A stretch of 64,000 nt of DNA from Thermoflexales bacterium (GCA_041740315.1 JBGSMF010000337.1:5961-69960), one strand, 5' to 3'; shown: positions 17,739 through 26,351, counted from the first letter of the stretch. The notes: a model not told the origin generated them from the sequence alone. Numbers and translations: made by a program.

Positions 17739-18035
17739 ATGAGTGGTCTAACTTTATCCGAGGCGGGGCGTTCGGCGCAATTGCACGCCAGGCTGGCGGA
17801 AAATCCTCAGGTGGCTGCAATGTCATTGAGCGCATTGCTGGCCGAGTTTCGGCAGTGGATGGAGCGCGAGTTGGAGGTGAACACATTGGCAAATTGCCAG
17901 CTAGACGCCGGGCTATTCTTGAACGACCTATGCGAGTTTCTGGAATTGGGCGATGCGCAGCGGCTTCAAGTGGTCGGCCCGGCTGTTTTTGAATGTATCG
18001 GCGATCCACTGCCGAGCAAGTCGCTAGTGATGTAA
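17739..18035 (+). CDS. Hypothetical protein
   Basis: 98 aa from ATG 17739 (GGAG 9 nt upstream); no recognisable domain. Confidence 0.4.
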   Translation: MSGLTLSEAGRSAQLHARLAENPQVAAMSLSALLAEFRQWMERELEVNTLANCQLDAGLFLNDLCEFLELGDAQRLQVVGPAVFECIGDPLPSKSLVM

Positions 18036-18123
18036 ATGGTAAAACAGGCTGGCCCGGAAGGTGTGGCCCCGCGCCGGGCCAGCTTTGCGGTTTCAGATTC
18101 AAAATTTCAGACAGGGTAAAGTT

Positions 18124-19452
18124 ATGGCTAAAGATATTCCCGTTACTCGTGAAGAACTTGACGATCTGTATAACCGGCAACGGTTGAGCATAGGTCAAAT
18201 TGCCAAGCAGCTAAATGTTTCGAACTGGACTGTTTGGGGTTGGATGAGCCACTTTAATTTGCCACGCCGCAAAAATGGTGAGTCTCATTACTTGCGGCTA
18301 GATGATGAAGAGATAGTACGATTATACACAGTCAAGCGATTAGGGGTGCCCGAGATCGCTCAGAGCTTCAGTGTGAACACGTCAACCATCTACGAACGGT
18401 TGCGCGCGTGTGGCATACCAATCCGCAGCAAGTCTGAGGCGCTTCGTTTAACATTGGATGATGATGAAATTGTAAGATTGTATACTATTGAACGGTTAAG
18501 CTTGGCTGAGGTTGCGCAGCAATTTGGTGTGAGTATTCCCACTATTTGCAGCCGATTAGAAGCGCGTGGAATAGCACGCCGCAGCATTTCGGAGGCGCAG
18601 CGGTTGAAGCTCGATGATAATGAGATTGAGCGGCTGTATATTATCGAGCGGTTGCCTATGGCTGAAATCGCACGACAGTTTGGAGTAAAGGCCCAGACCA
18701 TACTCAGACGACTGGAGGCGCGTGGCGTGTCACGGCGAAATAAGGCCGAGGCAAATCAGATCTATCCGCGACAAGATTTTTCCGGTGACCCACTAGAGAA
18801 AGCTTATCTGCAAGGTTTTCGACTTGGTGATTTGAGTGTCAAAATGAGCACTGGCGGGATGGGAAGTGCTACAATCGTGATCAGTTGTAGCTCAACGCGC
18901 ATTGCACAGATCAACTTGATTAACGATCTATTTAGCCCTTATGGGCATGTTCACCTGACACCTAGCCGGGAAAGTGAATACGCTATAACGAGTTATTTGA
19001 ATCCAAGTTTTGACTTTTTATTGCCCAAGCAAGATAGCATTCCAGAATGGATTTTGGTTGCTGCTCAGGAAGGCGATGTACAGCCGTTTACAGCCTTTTT
19101 TGCTGGTTACACCGATGCCGAGGGCTGTTTCTGTGTGCCTGTTGATAACTATGCACGTTTTGTGTTGGGTTCCTATGATGTGGGCGTCTTGCGCCAAGCG
19201 CAAGTCATACTTAATGAACAGCTAGGTGTCAAGTGTCCACCGATTCGCTTGGCAAAGGTGAAGGGTACGCTTTTTATAGCTCCCAACAACAAACAGTATT
19301 TTAACAACGAAGATTATTGGCAGTTGTGGGTAAACCGTAAAGCATCGCTAAATCGGTTGTGTGCGTCATTAAGTCCATACTTGAAGCATGCCGAGAAGCG
19401 CCAAGCCATGTACGCGGTTTGGGCCAATGTGATTGCGCGCGGCGTGGATTAA
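18124..19452 (+). CDS. Free-standing LAGLIDADG-family homing-endonuclease-like protein with four N-terminal tandem HTH modules
   Basis: MAKDIPVTREELDDLYNRQRLSIGQIAKQL..., then three ~47-aa repeats (L.LDD.EI.RLY..ERL...E.A..FGV...T...RLEARG..RR). C-terminal half carries two LAGLIDADG-like motifs (YLQGFRLGDLSV; FFAGYTDAEGCF). Visibly lower GC than its neighbours. Confidence 0.7.
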   Translation: MAKDIPVTREELDDLYNRQRLSIGQIAKQLNVSNWTVWGWMSHFNLPRRKNGESHYLRLDDEEIVRLYTVKRLGVPEIAQSFSVNTSTIYERLRACGIPIRSKSEALRLTLDDDEIVRLYTIERLSLAEVAQQFGVSIPTICSRLEARGIARRSISEAQRLKLDDNEIERLYIIERLPMAEIARQFGVKAQTILRRLEARGVSRRNKAEANQIYPRQDFSGDPLEKAYLQGFRLGDLSVKMSTGGMGSATIVISCSSTRIAQINLINDLFSPYGHVHLTPSRESEYAITSYLNPSFDFLLPKQDSIPEWILVAAQEGDVQPFTAFFAGYTDAEGCFCVPVDNYARFVLGSYDVGVLRQAQVILNEQLGVKCPPIRLAKVKGTLFIAPNNKQYFNNEDYWQLWVNRKASLNRLCASLSPYLKHAEKRQAMYAVWANVIARGVD

Positions 19453-19511
19453 CAGCAACCGACCAACGATCCTCAATGGTCGTTGGTCGGTCGTCTTTGG
19501 TCGGTCATCGT

Positions 19512-20771
19512 CTACTGAGCCTGCACCGCAAAGTCGAGGGGGAGTAACTCAAAGAATGAAGCACCCCTCTTGAGTGGTATTGTGCTGCCATCCTCAAAGT
19601 AAAACGTGAGCATATCAGAAGGCTGGGCGCGCTTCCAGTAGCCCTCAAACATTTGCCCATCACGGAAAATTTGCACCTTGCCGCCGGGCACGTTGGGGTC
19701 TATCTGCCACAGTTGGATTTGCCGGCTAAAGTGCCCGCTCTTGTTGCAAGCTGCCTCAAAGCCAACGAGGTCTTCTTGGACATGACAGTCAATGATATGC
19801 GGCGCGTAGACCAAAATTACATTTGAAAAGGCCAATTGCCCGCCGCTGGCGGCGTCGGTGTGGGGCACGCCACTGATTGAGCGCAAATACTTGGCGCTGG
19901 CGGCATCAAAGGTCCATTCCACTTGTTCGGCCCAATCGCCGGCAGAGACTGGAATGACGAGCTTGGCGGCCGCTTGCCCTGGCTTGACCGGCGCATCAGA
20001 AAAGGCCATCCCTTTCAGGTCCTGGCGGCTATTATCCATGCCGTGTGTTTCGGCCCACTTCCACAACAAGGCTGGCTTGGCAAACAAGGTATGCTCGAAG
20101 GGTTTGTTGTCACCCTGAGGAATGCGGGCAAATGGATCGCCGCCCTCTGGCACGCCGAAATCGGGCGAGAGGATGCGGTTGAAAAAGTTGGCCTCTTGAA
20201 ACTTTATTTTTAGCCCCGCGCTCGACCCAGAATAAGCAAAAAACGCTTTGTACATTTGGGGAATCTCCAGGTCAAGGTAGCGTCCACTGCGCACCGATCC
20301 GGCCAATTCGGGCGTTTTTCCATAAAACAAGGCCGTAAAGCGCGTCACGCCGCCCTCGGCGGGATGCTCAAATACCAGGTCGGCTTGCCCCAGCCCTTGC
20401 TGCGGGCGGACAAGCGGCGGGTAGTTGGAAATCTTTACCGCCAATGGCCGGCGATTGAGCACCGTTGGGTCGTCTACCTTTTCGCCAGTCAAGGGGTTGA
20501 CCTCGGGTGGAAATTCGGTTTGAACCCGCGCGTCGGGCGTGGCGGTGGGTGGGTTTGCCACCACCGGCGTGGGCGAGGCCACCTGGATAGGCGCAGGAGT
20601 GGTGGGGTTGACGGGGCGCGGTGTGCGGGTAGGGGTGGGCGTAACCTGAGGAGGGGGTGATTGGCAGGCCGGCAGCAAGTACAACAAGACGATCAGAACG
20701 CCAACGGCAGGAATCAGCCAGCGACCGGGCTGTTTGAGAGAGCGCATGTTCATACCAAGACCTCCAGGCAA
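19512..20771 (-). CDS. DUF3048-family lipoprotein (YerB-like)
   Basis: 419 aa, lipobox LLPAC, Pro/Thr linker, NPLTGEKVDDPTVLNRRPLAVKISNYPPLVRPQQGLGQADLVFEHPAEGGVTRFTALFY. Confidence 0.6.
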   Translation of the reverse strand: MPGGLGMNMRSLKQPGRWLIPAVGVLIVLLYLLPACQSPPPQVTPTPTRTPRPVNPTTPAPIQVASPTPVVANPPTATPDARVQTEFPPEVNPLTGEKVDDPTVLNRRPLAVKISNYPPLVRPQQGLGQADLVFEHPAEGGVTRFTALFYGKTPELAGSVRSGRYLDLEIPQMYKAFFAYSGSSAGLKIKFQEANFFNRILSPDFGVPEGGDPFARIPQGDNKPFEHTLFAKPALLWKWAETHGMDNSRQDLKGMAFSDAPVKPGQAAAKLVIPVSAGDWAEQVEWTFDAASAKYLRSISGVPHTDAASGGQLAFSNVILVYAPHIIDCHVQEDLVGFEAACNKSGHFSRQIQLWQIDPNVPGGKVQIFRDGQMFEGYWKRAQPSDMLTFYFEDGSTIPLKRGASFFELLPLDFAVQAQ

Positions 20772-20829
20772 AGTGTCGCCGTTATTATAGCACTGTTACA
20801 TCATCCATGCGATTGTAACCTGAGTTAAT

Positions 20830-20932
20830 CCATAGGACGGCTCTGGCCGTAGGAATTTCCTTTTCGACCTTGCTACCGTCAACTTGTGCAAGGCTGCAGT
20901 GCAGCTAAAATCCCGGCGAAGCTGGGATAACT
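20830..20932 (+). repeat. ~95-nt structured intergenic repeat, copy A
   Basis: Aligns with 38880-38976 and 43493-43584. Conserved hairpins CGGCtctgGCCG, CCTTGC-taccgtcaactt-GCAAGG, and GCTAAAATCCCGGCgaaGCTGGGATAAC. Confidence 0.75.
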
Positions 20933-20936
20933 TGTA

Positions 20937-21018
20937 TAAGAATTCCCTTTTGGATTGCGCTAGTGTCAATTTGCGCCACGTTGATACAGCTAAAATCCCG
21001 GCGAAGCTGGGATAATCT
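20937..21018 (+). repeat. ~95-nt structured intergenic repeat, copy B (5'-truncated, tandem to A)
   Basis: agaattcccttttggattGCGCtagtgtcaatttGCGCcacgttgatacagctaaaatcccggcgaagctgggataatctg. Confidence 0.7.
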
Positions 21019-21059
21019 GCGGGTTAATGTGCATATTTTTTAGTATCAGGCTAATTGGT

Positions 21060-21088
21060 TTGACTTGCACCCAGAGACAGAGTATAAT
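21060..21088 (+). promoter_or_regulatory. Near-consensus sigma70 promoter of the DUF4388/GTPase operon
   Basis: TTGACT-17 nt-TATAAT, about 115 nt upstream of ATG 21203. Confidence 0.6.
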
Positions 21089-21202
21089 TCTTTAACTGGG
21101 AGCTAGCCTCCAGTTGTTTTGGTGCGCCTATAGTGTTATTTGGGGTCTTGCGCCATAACGTCGGGTTGGGTAAAAGATAGCATAGAGTAAAAGGCGGGGC
21201 AC

Positions 21203-22027
21203 ATGGCTTTAAAAGGCAATTTACGTGATTTTAGTACCACGCAACTGCTCAACCTGGTCAATCTGGCCCGTAAAACGGGCACATTGATCATCGAGGCCCA
21301 GAGTTCGGCGGTGCAGGTTTGTTTTAAGGAAGGCAAGCTGATCTATGCCACCACTGGGCACAATGGCCATTTGGCTCAGATTCTCCAAAAGGCCAACAAG
21401 TTGACCGAAGAGCAGACACGCATTATCCGCGATCGGGCCAATACCAAAGATGACAAGACCTTGGCCGTCATGCTGATGCAGGCCGGCTATGTGACGCAAA
21501 ACGATATTGTCAAAAGCGTGCGCGATTACACGCTGGATATCGTTTATCGGCTGTTTGGCTGGTCAGATGGCGTCTTTCGTTTCGAGCCTACTCTGTCGCC
21601 GGCAGAAGACCGCATCACCGTTCCGATTGATCTGGAAAATGTCATCATGGAAGGTAGCCGTCGGCTCAAAGAGTTTGAGCGGCTGCAAGAAGAGTTGCCC
21701 GATTTGGATAGAGCGCTTCGCTTTACCGACCGGCCCGATGCCCGCTTGCGCAATATCAGCCTGAGCGTAGAGGAATGGCGGGTGATTTCTTTTATCAATC
21801 CGCGCAATTCCATCCGGCAAATTGCTCAATCCAACAACATGAGCGAATTTCAGATTCGCAAAATTGTCTACGGTATGCTCCAGGCTGGCCTGGTCGAACT
21901 GATCCAGCCTGAGGGTGTATCTAGGCAGCAGCCCAAACCGGGTGAGCCAGCGCCACGATTGCCGGCCGCACCGGCAGTCAAACGTTCGGTGGTTACACGG
22001 TTAATTGATCGAATCAAGCAGTTGTAA
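21203..22027 (+). CDS. DUF4388 (PATAN-type) domain protein with C-terminal winged-helix/DUF742-like region
   Basis: N-terminus MALKGNLRDFSTTQLLNLVNLARKTGTLIIE...VCFKEGKLIYA is characteristic of DUF4388. C-terminus LSVEEWRVISFINPRNSIRQIAQSNNMSEFQIRKIVYGMLQAGLVELI is wHTH-like. Confidence 0.6.
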   Translation: MALKGNLRDFSTTQLLNLVNLARKTGTLIIEAQSSAVQVCFKEGKLIYATTGHNGHLAQILQKANKLTEEQTRIIRDRANTKDDKTLAVMLMQAGYVTQNDIVKSVRDYTLDIVYRLFGWSDGVFRFEPTLSPAEDRITVPIDLENVIMEGSRRLKEFERLQEELPDLDRALRFTDRPDARLRNISLSVEEWRVISFINPRNSIRQIAQSNNMSEFQIRKIVYGMLQAGLVELIQPEGVSRQQPKPGEPAPRLPAAPAVKRSVVTRLIDRIKQL

Positions 22028-22073
22028 CCCCCATACACGGGCAAGAGTTCTACGACGGAGGCAATGGAGAGTT

Positions 22074-22613
22074 ATGCAAACAGTAAAGATTGTGGTGACT
22101 GGCCCATTTTCGGCTGGCAAGACAGAGTTTATCCGTACCATTAGCGAGATTGACGTGGTGTCAACCGAGCGCAAAATTTCGAGCGAAGCAGAAAAGATCA
22201 AAGACTCTACAACCGTGGCAATGGATTTTGGGCGTATTACGGTAGACGAAGATTTGGTCCTTTACTTGTTCGGCACGCCTGGGCAGCGGCGGTTTGATTT
22301 TATGTGGGAAATCCTGTCCGAGGGCATGCTGGGGTTCGTGGTTGTGGTAGATAGCACGCGGCCCGAGACCTTTCGAGAAGCTCGCAGCATCCTAGATACC
22401 TTCCGTGGCTATGCCGCCACCCCCTATGTGGTTGCGGCCAACAAGCAGGATTTTGAAGACGCTTGGGAGCCAGAAGATTTGCGGATTGCCCTCAAAGTAG
22501 ACGGCAATATCAAGCTCTTGCCTTGCGTGGCGGTGGATAAAGAGAGCGTAAAAACCGTCTTGCTAGAGTTGCTGTATTCCATCTTGGAACGGATGGACGA
22601 GCAATCGGCTTGA
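22074..22613 (+). CDS. Small Ras-like GTPase (COG2229 / CvnD-MglA-like)
   Basis: MQTVKIVVTGPFSAGKTEF (P-loop), LFGTPGQRRF (switch II), ANKQD (NKxD). The track start 22005 is over-extended; ATG 22074 is preceded by GGAG. Confidence 0.75.
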   Translation: MQTVKIVVTGPFSAGKTEFIRTISEIDVVSTERKISSEAEKIKDSTTVAMDFGRITVDEDLVLYLFGTPGQRRFDFMWEILSEGMLGFVVVVDSTRPETFREARSILDTFRGYAATPYVVAANKQDFEDAWEPEDLRIALKVDGNIKLLPCVAVDKESVKTVLLELLYSILERMDEQSA

Positions 22614-22762
22614 GAAAGCGGGCCAGGGGTGTTGAAATAATTACATTTTCGTGTCCAAAGTGTAACCAAACGGAACTAGACTTTGCGTTACAATTCGTTA
22701 GGGAGGCGTTTGCCCAAGGGCGGTCCGGCGCGCCGACTGGCTTGGGCAAGAATCAATTAGGG

Positions 22763-22851
22763 CTAAGGATTAAATAACTTGCTCATCTGTAGTTCGTTTT
22801 ACCTGTATTTCGGCGTCATTGTGGAAAAGTTATTTAATTTCCAATCCTTAG
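22763..22851. repeat. AT-rich long-range inverted repeat in the GTPase-Roadblock intergenic region
   Basis: CTAAGGATTAAATAACTT (22763-22780) pairs with AAGTTATTTAATttccaATCCTTAG (22827-22851). Confidence 0.6.
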
Positions 22852-22878
22852 AGGGTCTCTATTGGGTAGGGAGATGCT

Positions 22879-23250
22879 ATGCCGCGCAAGTTTAAACAAA
22901 GTGCGCTTGAACAAGTGCTGAGAGACCTGCGCAAACGCGGAAACTTTCGGGCTACGGCCGTCGCTTCTGCGAATGGCTTGTTGGTCGCCAGCGCTGGCCC
23001 CGAAGTTGAAATGATGGCGGCGGTGGCGGCTACCCTACCCACCATGGTAGAACGCCTGCCGCGCCTGGCCCCAGTGCAAGAAATTGTCATTCGTGGTCAC
23101 ACAGGCGATCGCTTGGTGTGCCATTATTTCACCAGTCGGGGTGATGCGCTCATTTTGATTGTTCTGTCGCGAGATGAGGCGGCTTATCAGCGTCACCTTG
23201 GTTGGGCTGTGCGCCATCTCCAAGCGGTTTGGGAAAAGCCGTTGTCTTAA
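22879..23250 (+). CDS. Roadblock/LC7 (MglB/CvnB-like) domain protein
   Basis: 123 aa; LEQVLRDLRKRGNFRATAVASANGLLVASAG...QEIVIRGHTGDRLVCHYF...ALILIVLS pattern typical of Robl_LC7. Confidence 0.65.
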   Translation: MPRKFKQSALEQVLRDLRKRGNFRATAVASANGLLVASAGPEVEMMAAVAATLPTMVERLPRLAPVQEIVIRGHTGDRLVCHYFTSRGDALILIVLSRDEAAYQRHLGWAVRHLQAVWEKPLS

Positions 23251-23378
23251 AGCCTATCCTAAAATTAGCCTTTTCGCATTAGAAAGAGTGGATTTTGGGG
23301 TGGGGCCTTAGTCGAAAGCGGGTGATTTGTTTGATTGAACGGATCGGGCGCCATGCCGTTTGAGATGATGAGGATGCA

Positions 23379-24164
23379 GTGAGTTCGATTGTCACTCCAC
23401 AGGGTATTGTGCATTATGAAGCCTATGGGCGTGGGCAGCCGGTGATCTTGTTGCACGGCTGGATTAACTCGTGGGGTGTGTGGCAAGACTCGATGGTCTA
23501 TATCGCCGAAAACGGGCGCTACAAGGTTTATGCGCTCGATTTCTGGGGTTTTGGCGAATCGGCCAAGTCTACAACAGTTCCTTTCCAAGTTTCTTCTTAT
23601 GTCCAGATGGTTGACCAGTTTATGGAAACACTCGGCATCTTGGAAGCCCCCGTATTTGGCCATTCCATGGGGGGCACCGTGGCGCTGAGCTTGGCGCTAG
23701 AGCGCCCAGACCGCTTGCCCAAGGTGGCGGTGGTCGGCTCGCCTATTGATGGCCGCTCGCTGCACCTTTTCCTCAAGTTGGGAGGGGTTGGGTGGATCGC
23801 CCGTATGTTGTGGCGCTTGCCTTTGATTCTCAATTTGGTAATTCATATGGTGCTGATCAATGATTCGCAGCGAACTAAAAAGATGATTTTGCACGATGTT
23901 TCTAGAACCAGCACCGAATCATTCTTTAGGAGCATTGGCGATTTGCACCATACCGACCTGCGCCTTCGTGTGGGACATTTGCGGATGCCCACCCTGGGCA
24001 TATTTGGCGAAAAGGATATCGTTGTTGATCCCAGGCAATCGCAAGTTCTAGTCGCTGGGGTGCCGCATGCGCGAGTGCTCATGTTTAAAAAGTCGGGACA
24101 CTTTCCAATGCTGGATGAGCCAGAGGCCTTTAACACGGCATTAATGGATTTTCTCAAGGGGTGA
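23379..24164 (+). CDS. Alpha/beta-fold hydrolase (intact Ser-Asp-His triad)
   Basis: 261 aa; HGW oxyanion region, nucleophile elbow GHSMGG, GEKDIVVD, SGHFPMLDEP. Confidence 0.8.
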   Translation: MSSIVTPQGIVHYEAYGRGQPVILLHGWINSWGVWQDSMVYIAENGRYKVYALDFWGFGESAKSTTVPFQVSSYVQMVDQFMETLGILEAPVFGHSMGGTVALSLALERPDRLPKVAVVGSPIDGRSLHLFLKLGGVGWIARMLWRLPLILNLVIHMVLINDSQRTKKMILHDVSRTSTESFFRSIGDLHHTDLRLRVGHLRMPTLGIFGEKDIVVDPRQSQVLVAGVPHARVLMFKKSGHFPMLDEPEAFNTALMDFLKG

Positions 24165-24316
24165 CTGTTTAGCCCATCGGCGTGATTTGCGCTGTGATGG
24201 GCAAGTTGCACAAGCGCTGCCGCGCCCAAGCAGTTGCCTTGATTGATTCCGTGGATCAGGCTGCTTTGCGGGGGTGATGCTATGGGTGAATCTTGTTCTG
24301 AAAAAGTTGGGGCTAC

Positions 24317-24940
24317 ATGAGTGACAATGTCTACTATTATCCCAATAAAATGGGGCGCATCATCCTCCTGGCAATGGAAGAAGTCATGGGGCGCAACGGC
24401 GTCAACGCGGTTCTGAACCTGGCGCACTTGAAGCATATCATCAATAATTACCCCCCCAACAATTTCGATCGCCAAGTCTCTTTTGAAGAGATTGCCGGCA
24501 TTCAACAAGCCCTGGAAAACATGTATGGCCCGCGTGGCTCGCGGGGGTTGGCTCTGCGCGCCGGACGCGCTTGTTTCAAGTATGGATTGCGCGAGTTCGG
24601 CCCGGTTTTGGGCATTTCCGACCTGGCTGTGCGGATGATGCCTTTTTCGACCAAGATGAAGGTGGGGATCGAAGTCTTTGCCGAAACTTTTAACAAGTTT
24701 AGCGACCAGGTGGTGCGGTTGAGCGAGGATGCAGACAGTTTTATTTGGGTCAATGAGCGTTGCCCGGTTTGTTGGCAGCGCCACGCTGCCGAGCCATGTT
24801 GCCACCTGGCGGTAGGCATTTTGCAAGAGGCGGCCTATTGGGTGAGCGGCGGGAAAAATTTTCAGGTCGAAGAGACGCGCTGCATCGCCAAGGGCGACCC
24901 GATGTGCATGTTTAACATTAGCAGGCGTCCATTGGACTAG
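24317..24940 (+). CDS. V4R (4-vinyl reductase-like) ligand-binding domain protein
   Basis: 207 aa; C-terminal ERCPVCWQRHAAEPCCHLAVGILQEAAYWVSGGKNFQVEETRCIAKGDPMCMFNI is typical of V4R. Confidence 0.6.
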   Translation: MSDNVYYYPNKMGRIILLAMEEVMGRNGVNAVLNLAHLKHIINNYPPNNFDRQVSFEEIAGIQQALENMYGPRGSRGLALRAGRACFKYGLREFGPVLGISDLAVRMMPFSTKMKVGIEVFAETFNKFSDQVVRLSEDADSFIWVNERCPVCWQRHAAEPCCHLAVGILQEAAYWVSGGKNFQVEETRCIAKGDPMCMFNISRRPLD

Positions 24941-24942
24941 GC

Positions 24943-24991
24943 GGGTCGGCTCAGCCGACCCGAAGCAGTTTCGGGCTCTGCCCGAAACTGC
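24943..24991 (+). terminator. Two tandem GC-rich perfect hairpins after the V4R gene (terminator-like, no U-tract)
   Basis: GGGTCGGC tca GCCGACCC and GCAGTTTCGGG ctctg CCCGAAACTGC. Confidence 0.35.
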
Positions 24992-25063
24992 GACCAGGAT
25001 AGCGGGATTAAAACTTGTTTCAGGCTATATAGATGTCTAGGGGTATATTGGGTCTAGCTCAGT

Positions 25064-26344
25064 ATGCGCAAAATTGTCATTCGCGATAAAAAGAATATCT
25101 CACCTTTCAATGAGCCTGCCCGCGAGCTGCGCGTTATGAACAAGCCCTTGTGGCTGAATCAGCGCGATGTCTTGTCTTCCTATTGCGAGCAGGAGCTAGA
25201 GATTTCGGACTTGGCGCAGATGCCCGATGACCGGGTAGAGACGATTATCTATCGCGATAATCTGTATTTTGATCAAGAGTTTGTTGACGTTTTCATTGAA
25301 AGGGCCAGGAAGCTGGGCAAAGCTTGCCGGGCGGCCTTTTCATCTGAAGACAAAGCCATCAGCACCCACGCGCTCTTGCTGCAGCGCGGCATTCGCCGCG
25401 AGCATGAGCACGAAGATGAGCCTTATGTGGCCGATCTGTGGTACTTGCCATTTGGCAAGGACCCCAATGTCAGGCCGCTGATTATAGACACGGAACCCAA
25501 AGAGCACGGCTATTATCGCGTGCCCAGTTACATGGCTAATGAATCAGGTGACTTGACCTACTGGATCCCGGTTAGAGGCTCGTTCATGTCAATCGAGCAC
25601 TGGGTGCATTTGTATGAGGCCAATTGCATTTTTGGGTTGTTTGCCCGTGGCGTGCGCACCGAACAGCGCATGGCGCGCGACCTGGGGTTCAAGATGCGCG
25701 GCCTGTGGCGCGCCATGCTGGAGCGCCGCCATGTGCTGCGCAGCTCGGTAGCGGTGACGGTGGGCAAGGGCACCATCATTGACCCGGCCGCCACAATTAT
25801 TGGCCGCACAACCATTGGCGAAAACTGTTTTATCAACGCCGGGGTGGTGATTGACAACTGTGTGATTGGCAACAATGTCAACCTGGGCCAGGATGTGCAA
25901 TTGTCGCTCTCGGTGGTATGTGATCGCTGCTTTTTGCCGTTCCGCGCATCACTGTTCATGACGACCTTGATGGAAAATTCGATTGTCGCCCAGAACACAT
26001 GCTTGCAAATGTGCGTGATTGGGCGCGATACCTTTATCGGCGCTGGTAATACGTTTACAGATTATAACCTGCTGTCCGACCCGGTCAAAGTGTTTAACCG
26101 TGACGAGCTGGTCAGTCTGGATATGCCGGTTCTGGGTGGATGTGTGGGCCACAATTGCCGTTTGGGTTCGGGCCTGATCATTTACCCCGCCCGCACGATT
26201 GAATCCGACTCGATTTTGTTTGCTACGCCTGAGCGCATGGTTGTTCCCAAAAATATCAATTATGAAGATAGCGACCATCTCAAACTCAAGGATGGCGCAA
26301 AGAAACACCCGCGCAAATATGGGGCGGCTCAGAATGAATGGTGA
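25064..26344 (+). CDS. Left-handed beta-helix (hexapeptide-repeat) protein of unknown function
   Basis: 426 aa; GKGTIIDPAATIIGRTTIGENCFINAGVVIDNCVIGNNVNLGQDVQL repeats. The N-terminal ~230 aa have no recognisable nucleotidyltransferase G-x-G-x-R motif. Confidence 0.5.
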   Translation: MRKIVIRDKKNISPFNEPARELRVMNKPLWLNQRDVLSSYCEQELEISDLAQMPDDRVETIIYRDNLYFDQEFVDVFIERARKLGKACRAAFSSEDKAISTHALLLQRGIRREHEHEDEPYVADLWYLPFGKDPNVRPLIIDTEPKEHGYYRVPSYMANESGDLTYWIPVRGSFMSIEHWVHLYEANCIFGLFARGVRTEQRMARDLGFKMRGLWRAMLERRHVLRSSVAVTVGKGTIIDPAATIIGRTTIGENCFINAGVVIDNCVIGNNVNLGQDVQLSLSVVCDRCFLPFRASLFMTTLMENSIVAQNTCLQMCVIGRDTFIGAGNTFTDYNLLSDPVKVFNRDELVSLDMPVLGGCVGHNCRLGSGLIIYPARTIESDSILFATPERMVVPKNINYEDSDHLKLKDGAKKHPRKYGAAQNEW

Positions 26345-26351
26345 GGGGTGA

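Noticed and set aside
20830-21018. Tandem A/B repeats as a possible CRISPR array or as sigma70 promoters
   Set aside because: - There are only two adjacent units of ~85-100 nt with no unique spacer between them and no cas genes, so this is not CRISPR-like.
- The internal TTGCAA...TAAAAT pair has only a 14-16 nt spacer, too short for a standard sigma70 promoter.
23843-24826. 327-aa minus-strand ORF overlapping the hydrolase 3' end and the V4R gene
   Set aside because: It is antisense to two plus-strand genes that have clear domain signatures and has no recognisable motifs. It looks like the typical long antisense ORF of GC-rich DNA.
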